Below, one piece after another: positions 37,654 to 49,794 of a stretch of 64,000 nucleotides of DNA. How positions within the stretch are numbered: position 1 is the stretch's first letter; each line of letters opens with the position of its first letter. The notes below the pieces were generated by a model. The model searched no databases, was not told where the DNA came from, and was given only the letters and a program-made list of their open reading frames with translations. The translations under genes were made by a program, and so were the position numbers. Where the stretch lies: positions 11,656,001 through 11,720,000 of the forward strand of contig CM106586.1 in NCBI GenBank assembly GCA_048013815.1, read 5' to 3'. Source of the stretch: Setoptus koraiensis (lineage: Eukaryota; Animalia; Arthropoda).

Positions 37654-38274
37654 CAATGGTCCATTGCCAATGGACATTGCACGGTCAAACAACTCTATAA
37701 TCAGTTGATTTCGAAATTCACAATTGATTAGTGCTGATCGATCTGTTAAGTCTAATCAACATTCAAGAGCTGAACGGAATGGCGCATTGTACATAAATAC
37801 CAGATAGAAAAGTGGAATAGATTACAACTAACAGCAACCAAGTCCAATTCGTATCGCTTTTCTTTAAAAATTTCAGGCGCTGTGAGAATTCCTAGCGTTT
37901 TCATTATGCGCTCTTTCGATGTCTCGATATTTCGGCCTTGCTATAAGAGTGACGAACGGAAACGAAATCAGTTCTGCTTGGAATTCCTGTCTTCGAGCAA
38001 AGACTGATTACATTTGAACCGAAACGTCTGAACACAGTTCATTTAAGGCTACCGATGAGTAGAAAAATGAGTTGATAGGCGTAGGAGTCACAGAAAAATG
38101 ATTTTTTGGTACTTTCGATGATCAATCGATTGAATTGATTTCGTTCTAGAGTTAAACCAAGTTGAACGAACATTTTCCATGTTCAAATCATCGGTAAATC
38201 TCATTGTAATCAACATTTTCAACTACAAAGAGATTTGGAACGGATCGTAAGACGAAATAAGTGGCTAGCGTCAG

Positions 38275-39403
38275 TTAGCAACAAGACTGTCCACCGCTGT
38301 CTAGCTCGAAATGAATATCCTCGAAAGTATTACAAATAAACAGCTTGCCATTCTCCAACCAGGGCCCAATTTTAACGGAAAAATCTAGAATCAGGCAAAT
38401 TGTGTCACAATTAGTTTAAAAAATGAGAAAAATTAGTGTTAGTCAATAAGTTATGAGTTTGAGTGGAGCTAGACTGTATAGTATGACTGTATAATATGAT
38501 GAGTACTATAGATAGGACAATATTACCTTTGTGACAGGCTATGCCGGAGTATTCTTCTGACCGGTTCAACAATATGACACATCTGAGATCCGTGATTTCT
38601 AAACACAACATCGCCTCAACAAGATCATGAGTGATGTAAATTATATTCATTGTTTTGTCCCTCAAGGCATGGGCCAAGCTCCTAAGTAGCTGCGGATTTT
38701 TTTTTCGTTCTCTGCCATCTAAACAATTCGCTATAAAAACCATTAAATCGCCGTGATTTGTTTTGGTCAATAGTAATTTTTGATCTTCACCAGATAAACT
38801 GCCAAAGGTGTAAAGTTTGATGAATTTCTTCTGCCTCCAGTCATGCAATTGCTTTGGAACATCATCATACACAGCTATTCTGAGATGTCCCTCATTGAAA
38901 CCATGCTCTATTAACAATTTCATAAAAAGAGCAGTAATTTGACTAATATTGTTCGTCTGAATTCTCCATTTGATATGTTCTGCAACCATTTTCGGGGTGG
39001 AATTAGCCGATCCTCTCGATTGTGATCGATGCGGCGATAAATTGTCGCTTGGACTTGATAGCCTGGAGCTCCTTTTTTCAGGTTGCGCCTTCATATCGGC
39101 AAAACGATGATCCGCTATTATGGGTAAATCTATGAGTCCAGCTTTGAGCGCAACAAACTGCTCGCGTCTTAGCCTGGCCACAATTCTCATCATTGTTTTA
39201 TCTTGCCACGCTGCTTCAACATAAGTGTAAGTATTGGACAAAATATAATCGACGAATTTCGCCTCTGCTAAATTGTCCTCAATTGCAATAGTTCCGTAGA
39301 AATCCATTATGATGTTATTGGGTGCGGGTAGACTCAGTCTCTTTTGCTTATTGAAGAAAAGTGTCATCTTCGCCCTCGAAGGTGGACTATTTTTGGGGAC
39401 CAT
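38275..39403 (-). CDS. Enolase-phosphatase E1-like HAD protein, divergent paralog 2, two exons (intron 38526-38385)
   Basis: IIMDFYGT, GFNEGHLRIAVYDDVPKQLHDW, KLYTFGS, TNHGDL. Donor aaag|gtaata and acceptor ttctag| give the in-frame end DFSVKIGPWLENGKLFICNTFEDIHFELDSGGQSCC*, stop at 38277-38275. Confidence 0.82.
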
Positions 39404-39731
39404 TTGGTCACTGCTCAAGCAACTATGGCGAAAAGATTGCCTAGTCAACAAGCGTATGGCCAATTAGAGTTTTGTGCTTCATGAGATCAACAGTCATTCG
39501 TAACAAGGACCGGTCAACTTGTTGTAAGAAAAATTTTCTTCCCTGACCATGTCACGTGCTTGAATGCGTCAAACTCACAAGTTTGACAAAACTTCATTGA
39601 TTCTCGCTTGTGCAGAACAGGTCAGGCCGAAACATGATTCCAAGTTATGCCACAATCAGTCGCTAACGAGTTACTTTTTTATGCAATCGAATTAGCCTCA
39701 TGTATTAACTTCAATCCGTAGGCCTAATGAT

Positions 39732-40313
39732 TAGAGTCGGGGTCTTTACATTGAAATCATGAATTAAACCAAGAGAGATGATTAAATCATTTTAGGCTTT
39801 TAAGAATATAGACCATTTTCACTTTAAACCATGATTAAAATAGGCATTTTTCGGACGAAATGATTTTTAATATTTCTTGGCTTCATTGAAATGACTTTTA
39901 CTCAGAGATTCTGGATTGTATGGCTTTTATTAGCAATAAAAACCATTTAGACCAACATTGATTTAAACCATGGTCTGAACCATGTTGATTAGATCGAGCG
40001 ACGATGTATAGTTGGGTGTCAGCGCGAAGTCGATAGGTGTCGCATGCCATAATTTTGCATGTATTTTTAATACAAAATGATTTAAATCATTGATTTTAAT
40101 GGTTTCTACTCCAAATTGGTTTAAACCAACCGACATAAAAATCATATCGTCCATTTCGCGCAATATTAATCATTTAGACCATGGTTTAAATCAGAAAAAG
40201 AATAAGAAAAATGAATTAATCATTTCGTCCAAATAAAAGCCAATGATTTAAATTTTTTGGAATAGACCACGATAAAATCCACAATGGACGAAAAATAAAG
40301 ACCCCCCACTCTA
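39732..40313. mobile_element. hAT-type MITE, 582 bp
   Basis: TIRs tagagtcggggtcttta and taaagaccccccactcta. Flanking 8-mers ctaatgat (39724-31) and ctaataat (40314-21) match 7/8. Internal repeated tttaaaccatg, atgatttaaatcat and ggacgaaa motifs. Confidence 0.88.
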
Positions 40314-41497
40314 CTAATAATCGATGTATATGTTGATGCAATGAATAGATTTGATACAATTCGCTACATCCTACAGGCTAATTGTAACAGCAACGGGGGA
40401 AAGATAAAGATTTCGTGGCGAATCAGAGCCAAAGATCAGCTACCATTGAAACAGACAGTTCGTGGAGCACTGTGTTTGAGTTCAATCACCTTGAGAAACT
40501 TCAGTCAATCTTCTTCCTAATTCAGTGACCCGTCGCTAAACTCACAAGGGATTTTCCTTGAAAGAGACTTGGCTTTTGGAAAAATGAGGAATGGTTTGAG
40601 AAATGCTTTGCATAAGGATTACGAGAATGATATTAAAAATCTCTGAGGACGAACAGTTTCCGAGGAATAGATCTTTTGTTAAACTTTATTCACTCAATAC
40701 TGGAGTTTGATTGTGAAGGGGTAATGTTCGGATGGTATTTGATATCAATCGATTTTGAGCATCAATCAAATAGGAATCTAAAAAAGTCAAATAGATCGAA
40801 GCCGACTGTAAAAGTCCTTTCGTCACCTGATGTAGCAGGCTTTTGGATCGATTTAGTCAACGGAAGCTTTAATGTCAACTCTGGGATGGGCTTTTTTGTC
40901 GTTGCAGAAGACATTGGAGATTTTCTTCGATGAAATCCAGCGGGATAGAAAACATGAGTCACCTGTAGCATCTCCGACCAAGGCACGATTCTCCGAAACT
41001 CTCAAATCTCACTGACCGTGCATCAAGAACCGAGTTTGTGAGTGTTCCTTGTTGGTGTTGAGCGAGTGAATAGGGTCATAGCAACTTGAAACTCTAAGCA
41101 AAGATTTTCATTCCGACTACATTCAAATTTGCTTGCTACAAAAGAAACCCTATAACTACGATGTAATAAAATTAGTAGATTATTGATCATTAATGACAAA
41201 ACAGCCTAAGTTGTGCTCATGTTTAGCACATGCAATAACCGCCAGATACAAAGCGAAGGACAGTTTTGTAGCCTTTATAAATTCGGTACGCACCATAATA
41301 CCAATTAGACAGATTGACTATGGAACGAACTAGACTAGATCTAACCTTCCAAACAGAACAACACCCATGATGAATTATCTAAGAATCAATGAAGAGATAT
41401 CTCGTGTTAACATCTCGTGATGCTCAGATGCTTTTTGCTCCTCTTCTTCGTGGTTGCTTGCAGTTTTCCCTAGATGCTTGCAGAATACCAATAAATA

Positions 41498-42084
41498 TTG
41501 CTAATCTTGATAACTATTATATTCTTTATTTTGGGTGTCATGACTTTGATAGTGGCAAAGGTGATCCACGGATTAGATCTATTTTGCAATTATCTAGAAC
41601 GAACAATGTCAGGCAAATTAGTGGCAAATAGCTTATTGCAAACTAGCGAAAAGATTCAAAAGTTATTATCGGTTCGACCGAGGAAATGTTGATCAGGCAA
41701 CTATCTAACGTCAGAAGAACGCACTTAATTTCATCTGGTGTAATTGTGTCTATCACTATTATCCTATTGATACATTCTGACACAGTAAGAAGGAGCGATT
41801 GCAAGGGTTACTTTAACGAGTGCTATCAAAGACTACCTGCCAGTGAAGCTGGTGATGCTTTAAACATATACTATTGGTCTGATTGGATTGGTATAAATCA
41901 AGTTATTACTTTGATTCTTTTTTCGATTACAATAATTTTCGTCACTTATTCTACCAGATTAACAAACCGACGTTATATTCTAACTGGGTCAACGATTGAA
42001 TTGTTTTTTTTGATTCAGATTGTTTATTTGCACTTTGGTGATGACAGAGGTAAGATAACACGTGTGTGCTTCGCTTGTACCTAA
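41498..42084 (+). pseudogene. Four-TM membrane protein split by an apparent frameshift near 41647-41690
   Basis: Two overlapping ORFs give TM1, then TM2, a Cys-containing loop, TM3 and TM4. 5' end unresolved. Confidence 0.4.
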
Positions 42085-42514
42085 AAATCATACAATGATT
42101 CCGAAAAGATTAATAACAATAAATTACATGTCATTGTTGCTGTTGCACACCAACTTCCTCATCTGTCTGTATGTGAAAAGTTTTTCCCGCAGACCAATAT
42201 AGAGATGCCTATACTTGGGCCATATATTCGCTCATTTACACAAGAGGGTCGTGGTTTTGGATTCTAATTAAGATATCTCTATACTTATATATATGCATAC
42301 AACTAGTAACACTTGTAATCGTCTGCAGTATATCTAGGTATCTTAAACTAGTGAGTATCGACTGGACTTAAGTTGGCTTTCGGATGAAATCCGCAATTCA
42401 AAGTTAATTTATTAATAAGTAAATTTCAGCCATCTCTTTTCATGAAATATACAGATTGATTCGTTCTGACACATCCAACTTTGCAGCCTCGACTCTAAAG
42501 GAATCAGTTTATCC

Positions 42515-43432
42515 ATGCCAAAGTACGCAAGTGCTACTTCGATTAAAAAAGAAAAAAATCAAGATCTCCCCGAAGATTTCCAGCTACTATTAACACCCGC
42601 ATTCTCAGCCATGTCAAAAATAACAGATCACCTATTTTTGACAGGTGTGGGTGGCATGACAAAAGAAAATTTAAAAAAAAATCATATTGACTACGTGGTG
42701 AATGCAACTACAGAGGCTCCATTCTGGGAGGACATTGATTCGCTCAGGGTATCTGTTGAGGACGACAGCAGCGCCAATATTTATCCTTATTTCGATCCTG
42801 TTGTTGATAGAATACAAGATGTAATAAATCGCAATGGCCACGTGCTCGTTCATTGTTTGGCTGGTGTTAGTAGATCCGCCTCAATTGTTATCGCTTGGCT
42901 AATGAAATATAAGAGAATGGATCTCAAGACCGCCTTCAATTATTGTTACAATCAGAGGCCCGTTATCAGGCCCAACAACGGTTTTCTAAATCAATTAATA
43001 GTATACGAAAAACATTTATTCAATAGTAACTCAATACAAATGATAGAGGTTGATGTAGACGGAACACTTATAACAGTGCCTCAATTTTTTATAGAGGAAC
43101 ACCCCAAATTAGTAATGCTAGAAGTGCTAAGGGTAAAAGCTGCGGCCAATATTGGTGAACCAATAACAAATGAACAACAAGAAAAACGACAAGACAAACT
43201 GTCAGAAAATAGTAGATCATCGCGATCACAAGCTAGTCAGAAGATCAGCGCGTCGGAAGTGACTAAAAGAATGCATCAGGCTGAAAAGTCGACTTCAAAG
43301 ATTAAACCGGATCAGGGAAGTCAGGCAGTCGCCGACGATGCCCAGACTAGGCAAACGCAAACCCAGTATGAGTTGTCACGATTCAATAAGTCATGGAAAA
43401 AGCCCACTTCGAAGAAAGCTATAAAAAGATGA
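42515..43432 (+). CDS. Atypical dual-specificity phosphatase (DUSP14/18/21-like) with basic C-terminal tail
   Basis: SKITDHLFL, VSVED, VLVHCLAGVSRSAS, RPVIRPNNGFLNQL. Catalytic CX5R intact. Confidence 0.95.
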   Translation: MPKYASATSIKKEKNQDLPEDFQLLLTPAFSAMSKITDHLFLTGVGGMTKENLKKNHIDYVVNATTEAPFWEDIDSLRVSVEDDSSANIYPYFDPVVDRIQDVINRNGHVLVHCLAGVSRSASIVIAWLMKYKRMDLKTAFNYCYNQRPVIRPNNGFLNQLIVYEKHLFNSNSIQMIEVDVDGTLITVPQFFIEEHPKLVMLEVLRVKAAANIGEPITNEQQEKRQDKLSENSRSSRSQASQKISASEVTKRMHQAEKSTSKIKPDQGSQAVADDAQTRQTQTQYELSRFNKSWKKPTSKKAIKR

Positions 43433-43677
43433 TTGGATAACTATTATAAAAGATAAATCAATAATAGTCATGACTATTTCGTAGCATACGCTCCCAGAAC
43501 TGTTTCTCATGAACGTATACTCATCCTGCTCATCATCACTCTTTTTGGCGATGCCTCTTTACTCTTTTGAACTAATATACAAATCGACAAAAAATTTAGA
43601 CTCTGTCAGTATAATTTTCTGACCAACAAAACCACCATGTTATCTTGATTAATCTAAATCTAAAAAGTACGAGTTGT

Positions 43678-44637
43678 TTACTCACTATCTTGCTCAGGCG
43701 GCCGCCTCTTTTTATTTGTTAATAGATCACCGATAATTTCGGCCGTACGGGCCACCTGTATGGCGGCCGGAGGTGCCTGCCTTGGCAAATCAAGATATTT
43801 CATAGGCCTAGTTTTTCTACCTGCTGTCAACATGCCACCTATGATCGCTTGTGTTTTCGCCATTTGTGCGATTGTCTTTCTCGTGGTTCCCCCTATCTGG
43901 ACCCTGTAGTTATCGTTCTTCGATAAAAGTGATTCGTCGCTCTTGAGTGATTTGCTGGACACACTGGGATCGCTCTCTACACTTTTAGATTCACTCTTAT
44001 CTAGACGATGTTCCAGCCTTCCTCCACGTTGTTGATTCCCTTTTAGTCGCCCTGTCGAGCTAGTTTGCGGTGGTTTGTTTTGCAGCGATTTTGAAAGTCG
44101 TTCAATCGTCAATTGCACATTCGATTGTGAGTCGTCAAATGGCCAGGTGGAATGAGGCGATTTAGGTTCGCTTGAGACTTGTTTCGCGGCTACAAATTTC
44201 GGTCTCATGGGAAATTCGGACAATTTGTAAATTATTGGTGACACGTGATCGGGCTTAATTGATTTTTTACCAATATCCAATGAAAATTGCTTCCCATTGG
44301 ATTTTCGTGAAAAATTTTCTCGTTTTACATGTGATTCTGGCTGCTGGGGGTATATCTCAACCTTGTTGGCCGCCAGCTGGGACTTGCTGAGGGTTTTTGT
44401 GGCGCCTATATAACCTAAGGTATCCTTATTTACATCAAGACCATAGTTCTGTTCAATTCTCTTGCGGAAGCAGCAGCATTGTCGTCGCTTACAACAGCAG
44501 TATATAAATATTATACTAATAGCTGTTAGAAAAGTAGCTGCTATCAACAAATACTCTTGCCAGCCAAATTGTGATGGAGTCTTCAATATATTGTATGCCT
44601 GTTGGGGAGATGTTGATGGTTTCTCATTCGCTACCAT
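43678..44637 (-). CDS. Orphan single-pass membrane protein with juxtamembrane Cys cluster
   Basis: TM YLLIAATFLTAISIIFIY followed by CCCKRRQCCCFRKR, then a basic S/K/Q tail. 319 aa. Confidence 0.82.
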   Translation of the reverse strand: MVANEKPSTSPQQAYNILKTPSQFGWQEYLLIAATFLTAISIIFIYCCCKRRQCCCFRKRIEQNYGLDVNKDTLGYIGATKTLSKSQLAANKVEIYPQQPESHVKRENFSRKSNGKQFSLDIGKKSIKPDHVSPIIYKLSEFPMRPKFVAAKQVSSEPKSPHSTWPFDDSQSNVQLTIERLSKSLQNKPPQTSSTGRLKGNQQRGGRLEHRLDKSESKSVESDPSVSSKSLKSDESLLSKNDNYRVQIGGTTRKTIAQMAKTQAIIGGMLTAGRKTRPMKYLDLPRQAPPAAIQVARTAEIIGDLLTNKKRRPPEQDSE

Positions 44638-45149
44638 TCATGAAAAGCCGACAGGATTTAAAACGAAGGATGTGTTTACCTTGCGCGATCGATTGATGGC
44701 TTTGATGCAGTACAATATTAAGAGTGAATTACCTTTACCAGAATTGATGACAGACACTAGATCTATCATTCAAGAGCTCATTGAAACTTTTACAATATGG
44801 AATCAGCGCGTGATCCTTTTGATCTTTGATTTTTGTACAATAGTTGCACTACAAATACACAATTTCGGTCATACAGTAAAGTGTAGTAAAGTATAATTTT
44901 CTTGTTGGGGCATGCACGAGATCGGGCAGCTAGGAGCATCTTGGAATACAGTAGTGTATGACATAGAGTCTTTAGGGAAATACAGACTTTGCAGATGCGG
45001 TTGTGTTAGTAGAATGACTGAATACAACTATCACCACAGAGAAGAACAGAACCGGTTAGTTTCTGTTTCTGTGAGATCCAAACGCTTGATTTTTCAGATT
45101 TTTCGGTTTTTTTTCAGTCAAGGCGATCAAGGGAGAGGCAGCCAAGAAA

Positions 45150-45641
45150 ATGGATGATTTAAAGAATGCGTTTTATGATAAGTTGGCAACCACTACGTTT
45201 ATAGGATTTGGATCTTGGATAATCAACGATTTGTGGAACAAATACGTCGGGAGTCCAGCGGACGAATATGTGACAGAAAAAGCTAGGAGGGAAAAGTTTG
45301 CACTACAAATGCGCAAAGCAGAATCGGGTCGAACACAGCTAATGGCCTTACAGAACACTATGCCTTACATGTTGAAAGCAACTAAAATGAATTGTTGCAA
45401 ACCAGTCTGTTCTTTCTACTCATTTGTTAGCTACGAAGCGCTACTTCTTATCCTTTTGCAGCTAGCAATCCTCTATTTGGTGATTCTCAGTTTTTTTTGC
45501 GAAAAGAAGAGAATTAAAAGCTATCAAAAAGAAAAGACAGCAACAATCAGCGGTAAGGACAGTCAATCAACTGTGAAAAAACCAGTGCGAGTTATAATCG
45601 GCTCGAAATCAAGAATTGGAGTTTGTGAGCGATCAAAATAA
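45150..45641 (+). CDS. Orphan membrane protein, 163 aa
   Basis: ATG ORF with TM ALLLILLQLAILYLVILSFFC and a basic tail. Confidence 0.65.
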   Translation: MDDLKNAFYDKLATTTFIGFGSWIINDLWNKYVGSPADEYVTEKARREKFALQMRKAESGRTQLMALQNTMPYMLKATKMNCCKPVCSFYSFVSYEALLLILLQLAILYLVILSFFCEKKRIKSYQKEKTATISGKDSQSTVKKPVRVIIGSKSRIGVCERSK

Positions 45642-46908
45642 AGAAGACCTACCTCTGATCCAATCTGCCTTCTAGGTTGAAATCTCAGTTCTTCCTGTTT
45701 TATCAGTTTTTGTCAACCACAATCTCTTATTTTGTGTGATCTTGTTTTTCATGAGATTCAAAACTCAAATATCGGCATCGATTCATGAACATTCAACCAA
45801 AAAGTAGAGGGCAGCTGAGGCGTTTGGATCAGACCATGTTTCACTCAAAAAATGCATTGATTATACCATAGTAAGATAGAACTGCCGGGAGTGATAGGCT
45901 GGAGATGCGGAAAGAGATATCAGGAAGATACTTCTGATCCGAGCAGACGGCCCAGAAACGATGAAGTTCGGCGTCCAGTCTGTGTTTTTTACCTTTATCC
46001 CTATCACTATATCATGATAGAAACTTGATGTTGTGAACGGGTTGCGTTGTCAATCAACTTTTTTTTCCGAAGTTCTGACCAGGGAGAACCAAACCGGTTG
46101 TTAAAACTACTCAGATTCGGTTTCTATAAGATCAAAGCGTTGGATTTCTCGGTATCTTTAGTTTCTACCAGTCAAAATACGTGATTAGGAGGATAGCATC
46201 TCGGAGAAAGACCTCCCAGGTCCAAAGAGGAGCGCACTGTGAGGACACTATTCCACCCGAAAATCCACAAATCAACCTCCTCACTGGACTTCTCGTTGAA
46301 TCATCGTTGTTGTCAGAGAATTGGTGGAAAAATACTTAATTTTTCGGTTTTTTTAACAGAAAAGGTTAAAATAAGGTGTTTTAAGTAGAAAAAAATAGGG
46401 CTCTAGAGACATGTCTCGTTAAGTCTGGCCCTAATACGAAGTTTCAGAGTTTTTTCCATCAACAGAAAAGTTTCGGTAACTAACCGATTCGATTCTCCAA
46501 AGTTATGACACATAGTTCAAGTATCGTATTTACTTGACCAGTATAACCGAACGAGCCTGTTCGAGTGATCAGGCTCGTTAAATAGACTCGTATATACGCA
46601 GATGAACTCCTGATGAGCTGAGAAGAGGCTATTGATTGTAAAATTCGTGGGCAATGATTGTAAACATAATGAACAATGAACGGTATGATCAGAGGAGTCA
46701 ATTAATTGTGTTAAATTGAATTCAGTACACAAAAATATCCAGTACAATTGTCTAGCAGTACACAAAGTACACAAACAGTTTGATGAAAACAATACAAAAA
46801 TAGTACATAAAACACTGAATATACTCGGTGGATCTTCCATTTATTGGTTCATATTATTTTCTTTCGTAGAACCTGGTCACCTATAAATCTAAGCCAGAGC
46901 CACTGAGA

Positions 46909-47088
46909 ATGAGCCAGATAGCACGGCAAGATCTATCTACTGAAGTCGCCCCCAGGCCGTTTAGATGTCCAGGATGCGAAGAATGTGATTGTGCGCCGGC
47001 TTCCGATTTGTTGGTGAGCAACTTTGTGATTATGGGCTTCCTCGCTATAGCAATAATATCGATCTACATAGCGAAACTTAGAATGTGA
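46909..47088 (+). CDS. 59-aa Cys-motif membrane microprotein, below the ORF-track cutoff
   Basis: MSQIARQDLSTEVAPRPFRCPGCEECDCAPASDLLVSNFVIMGFLAIAIISIYIAKLRM*. ctataaat at 46881. Confidence 0.65.
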   Translation: MSQIARQDLSTEVAPRPFRCPGCEECDCAPASDLLVSNFVIMGFLAIAIISIYIAKLRM

Positions 47089-47510
47089 TGATGACGATCT
47101 TACGCTAGACACGGAAGGCCAGCATAAAGCTAAATTAGGTCAGTTCATGAGCCAGTGGTCAGTGCACCACAATGGAAAATCTCGTTCTCGAACTTAGAGA
47201 TCGATCAACTTAGAGATGAAACTAAGGAGAAATGTTCAAATTCGGATGCTCGCTGCTTCAGACTAGGCAAAAACAACTTTCGAACGAAATTGGAATCAGA
47301 TATATAAATCATGCAACTATGTAGTAGATTCAGGTAGCGAAGATATTTAGACAGATCTGATTAGTCTCATTATAAATTAATTGATTTAGAACACTTATAC
47401 TATGAGCATATATCAGATCATTATCATTAAAAGCTTCTTCCGTGAATGTTTATTGTCTCGAAAAGACTATACATGTATTACATGTTCTACATTGTTGTTG
47501 ATGAGCGCCC

Positions 47511-49529
47511 TTAATTTGCTTGATTAGGAGTGTGGTGGCCGAGAAAAGTGTATTCTATTGCGTTTTCCATATTGTTGATGACGATCACTTTCAGACCCGA
47601 TCTGTCAAATTCGATGCTTCTCATATTCACCCAACACCTTTGTGTCTCATCAAACATTTCTACTTTGTTGAACGGCGTCTGACCATTATAACCACCAACA
47701 ACAATTATTCTGTTGTCCACTAAGGCTGCACTGAATGTCGAGCGACTGCTCTTCATTTGACTGTGCAATGTCCATTGTCTGGTGCTGAAACTGTATTGTT
47801 CCACTGAAGACAATCTCTCTGTTCCGTTGTTTCCACCGATCGACAATAGATTACCATGATATAATAACATGGTAAAACTGGTTCTAGGTGACGTCATAGA
47901 CTCAATGAAGGTCCACGTTTTATCTTGTGCATTGTAGAACTCAACAGAGGATTCAATAACTTGATCGTTTAAGCCACCGGCGATGTAAATTGTTTGGTTG
48001 TATACACAAGCTGACGCGTCAGATCTTGACACGTTCATTGGAGCTACTGGGTGCCAAATATTTTGCTGTCGGTCGTATTTCTCCACACTACGCATCCTTT
48101 GCAGGCCATTGTGGCCTCCCATAGCGTACAAGTGACCCTGGATACTGGCCGTAGATACGTAGCATCGGGCCTCGCGCATAGAGGCCTTCTGTTGACACTG
48201 GCCGGTCGATGGATTGAAAACAAACAATTCGTTGAGAATTTCTGCGCCGTCAGTGCCGCCGCATATATACAATATTTTATCTATGATCTCGATGCCGTGG
48301 TAGGCCAGAGATATTGTCATTTTGTGTCTTATCTTAAACCACAAATTACAATTGATGTCGTAACTTTCCATCATGTTTGAAGGTACGCCCGATTTCCAAC
48401 CGCCCAGAGCCAGCAAAACTCCCCTTGGTATTCTCGGTCGCACTTGTTTTGGTGTTGACGCACACGGCAACGAGTAACCGTCACGAAATATCTCCGATTC
48501 GAGCAAATAATCGCGGTGATTTCTATCTAGCAATGCCAATTGTTGTTGGGCGAATCTGTCCTGTTTTATCAGTGGATCCTTCCAGATGATTCTGTCGCTA
48601 AACTCTGGTCCCAAACGCAACCGGGCAAATCGGATACAGGGCAGCAGTTTTGTGACAAAGCTTTTGCGTTCATTGAAGTCATAATGGCACCATCGTCTAA
48701 TGGCGTACCAAACCGTTTCCTCTTGATCAACGTTCAGTCTGTCATTAGATAGAAGCAATTCAAAATGTTCCAATGGCATGGAGGGTAGGTCATCGTTCAG
48801 TTCGAGTATATTTTTGAAATTGAATTTAATAATGTGCCAGGCATGCCTATGGAGACTGTGGTTATATTTGATTCCAATGTGATAATATTTAATACAGTTA
48901 TCCAATGTTAAATGCTCAATCAAGAATGTGCAACATGCCCGAATAACATCGGTCATTTGATAGAAATCGGCCGTTTGCAGCACCTCCCAGATGCCTCGTT
49001 CATCTGTTTGTAGATAGCCAGTATAAGAGCAATCGACGAGAATTCTGAGAACGCGACTATTGAATTGTGGCAACAGAACAGCTTTTAGGCTAGATTTATT
49101 TGGCGTGTATTTTTTGTCTACTAATGGTGGTGCACTTTTGATCTTGTTAGCCACTTCGATGCTGCCACTGCTCGTACCAGCATAAGGACCGTTGGCAGTT
49201 CCAGAAATCTTGTCGTTTTTATCTAGACTGGCCGTTTTTTCTTGCTGCTGTGACGCTGATGAATCATGCATAAATTCAGGAGGAACTTGCTTATGTATAA
49301 ATTCGCCGTGGTTTGCTATGTAATTAGCGAGACTCTCGCTTAAAGCGGAAACCACCTGACAATGGACGAGTTCCCGACCGCCATCCTCGCTCATCAGAAT
49401 GGTGTCAACAAGGGTTCCACTCTTTTTTAAATGCTGCAAAGCTGCCTTCCTATTCTTGTAGATGTCCCAATCGAAGGCGCATCGTTGATGCTGAGGCTTC
49501 ACAGCTACTACTGGGAGCGCCTCATCCAT
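47511..49529 (-). CDS. KLHL10: Kelch-like protein 10 (BTB-BACK-6xKelch)
   Basis: PRIPRGVLLALGGW..G.P.N, AYHG, RCYVS, RSDASA, RSTFSAALVD..IVVGGYNG and final RSGL follow the KLHL10 repeat signatures. Intronless. Confidence 0.9.
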   Translation of the reverse strand: MDEALPVVAVKPQHQRCAFDWDIYKNRKAALQHLKKSGTLVDTILMSEDGGRELVHCQVVSALSESLANYIANHGEFIHKQVPPEFMHDSSASQQQEKTASLDKNDKISGTANGPYAGTSSGSIEVANKIKSAPPLVDKKYTPNKSSLKAVLLPQFNSRVLRILVDCSYTGYLQTDERGIWEVLQTADFYQMTDVIRACCTFLIEHLTLDNCIKYYHIGIKYNHSLHRHAWHIIKFNFKNILELNDDLPSMPLEHFELLLSNDRLNVDQEETVWYAIRRWCHYDFNERKSFVTKLLPCIRFARLRLGPEFSDRIIWKDPLIKQDRFAQQQLALLDRNHRDYLLESEIFRDGYSLPCASTPKQVRPRIPRGVLLALGGWKSGVPSNMMESYDINCNLWFKIRHKMTISLAYHGIEIIDKILYICGGTDGAEILNELFVFNPSTGQCQQKASMREARCYVSTASIQGHLYAMGGHNGLQRMRSVEKYDRQQNIWHPVAPMNVSRSDASACVYNQTIYIAGGLNDQVIESSVEFYNAQDKTWTFIESMTSPRTSFTMLLYHGNLLSIGGNNGTERLSSVEQYSFSTRQWTLHSQMKSSRSTFSAALVDNRIIVVGGYNGQTPFNKVEMFDETQRCWVNMRSIEFDRSGLKVIVINNMENAIEYTFLGHHTPNQAN

Positions 49530-49794
49530 GACTAATAAAATATCAAATATATATTGAAATATGAGTGTATATACAAATTTTCAATTCTTCTTAGTACAGC
49601 GGAAATGAACTTGTTTGACAATTATTTCCAGTTGCACAACAGCGGCAAAAATTTAAAGATCGTTTGGACGTTCACTCTCGTGATCAGCAGAAAACAAAAG
49701 TTGCCTACTATACATTAATCTAGTGTAACTATACATGTATTAATCATACAGCCGGTCGCTCAGATTCCCATGCGTTTCTAGCCTAAGGTAATCA

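Noticed and set aside
46130-46340. FLGIFSFYQSKY frame resembling an LTR RT-RNaseH connection
   Set aside because: Only a few residues match and no flanking RT motifs were found.
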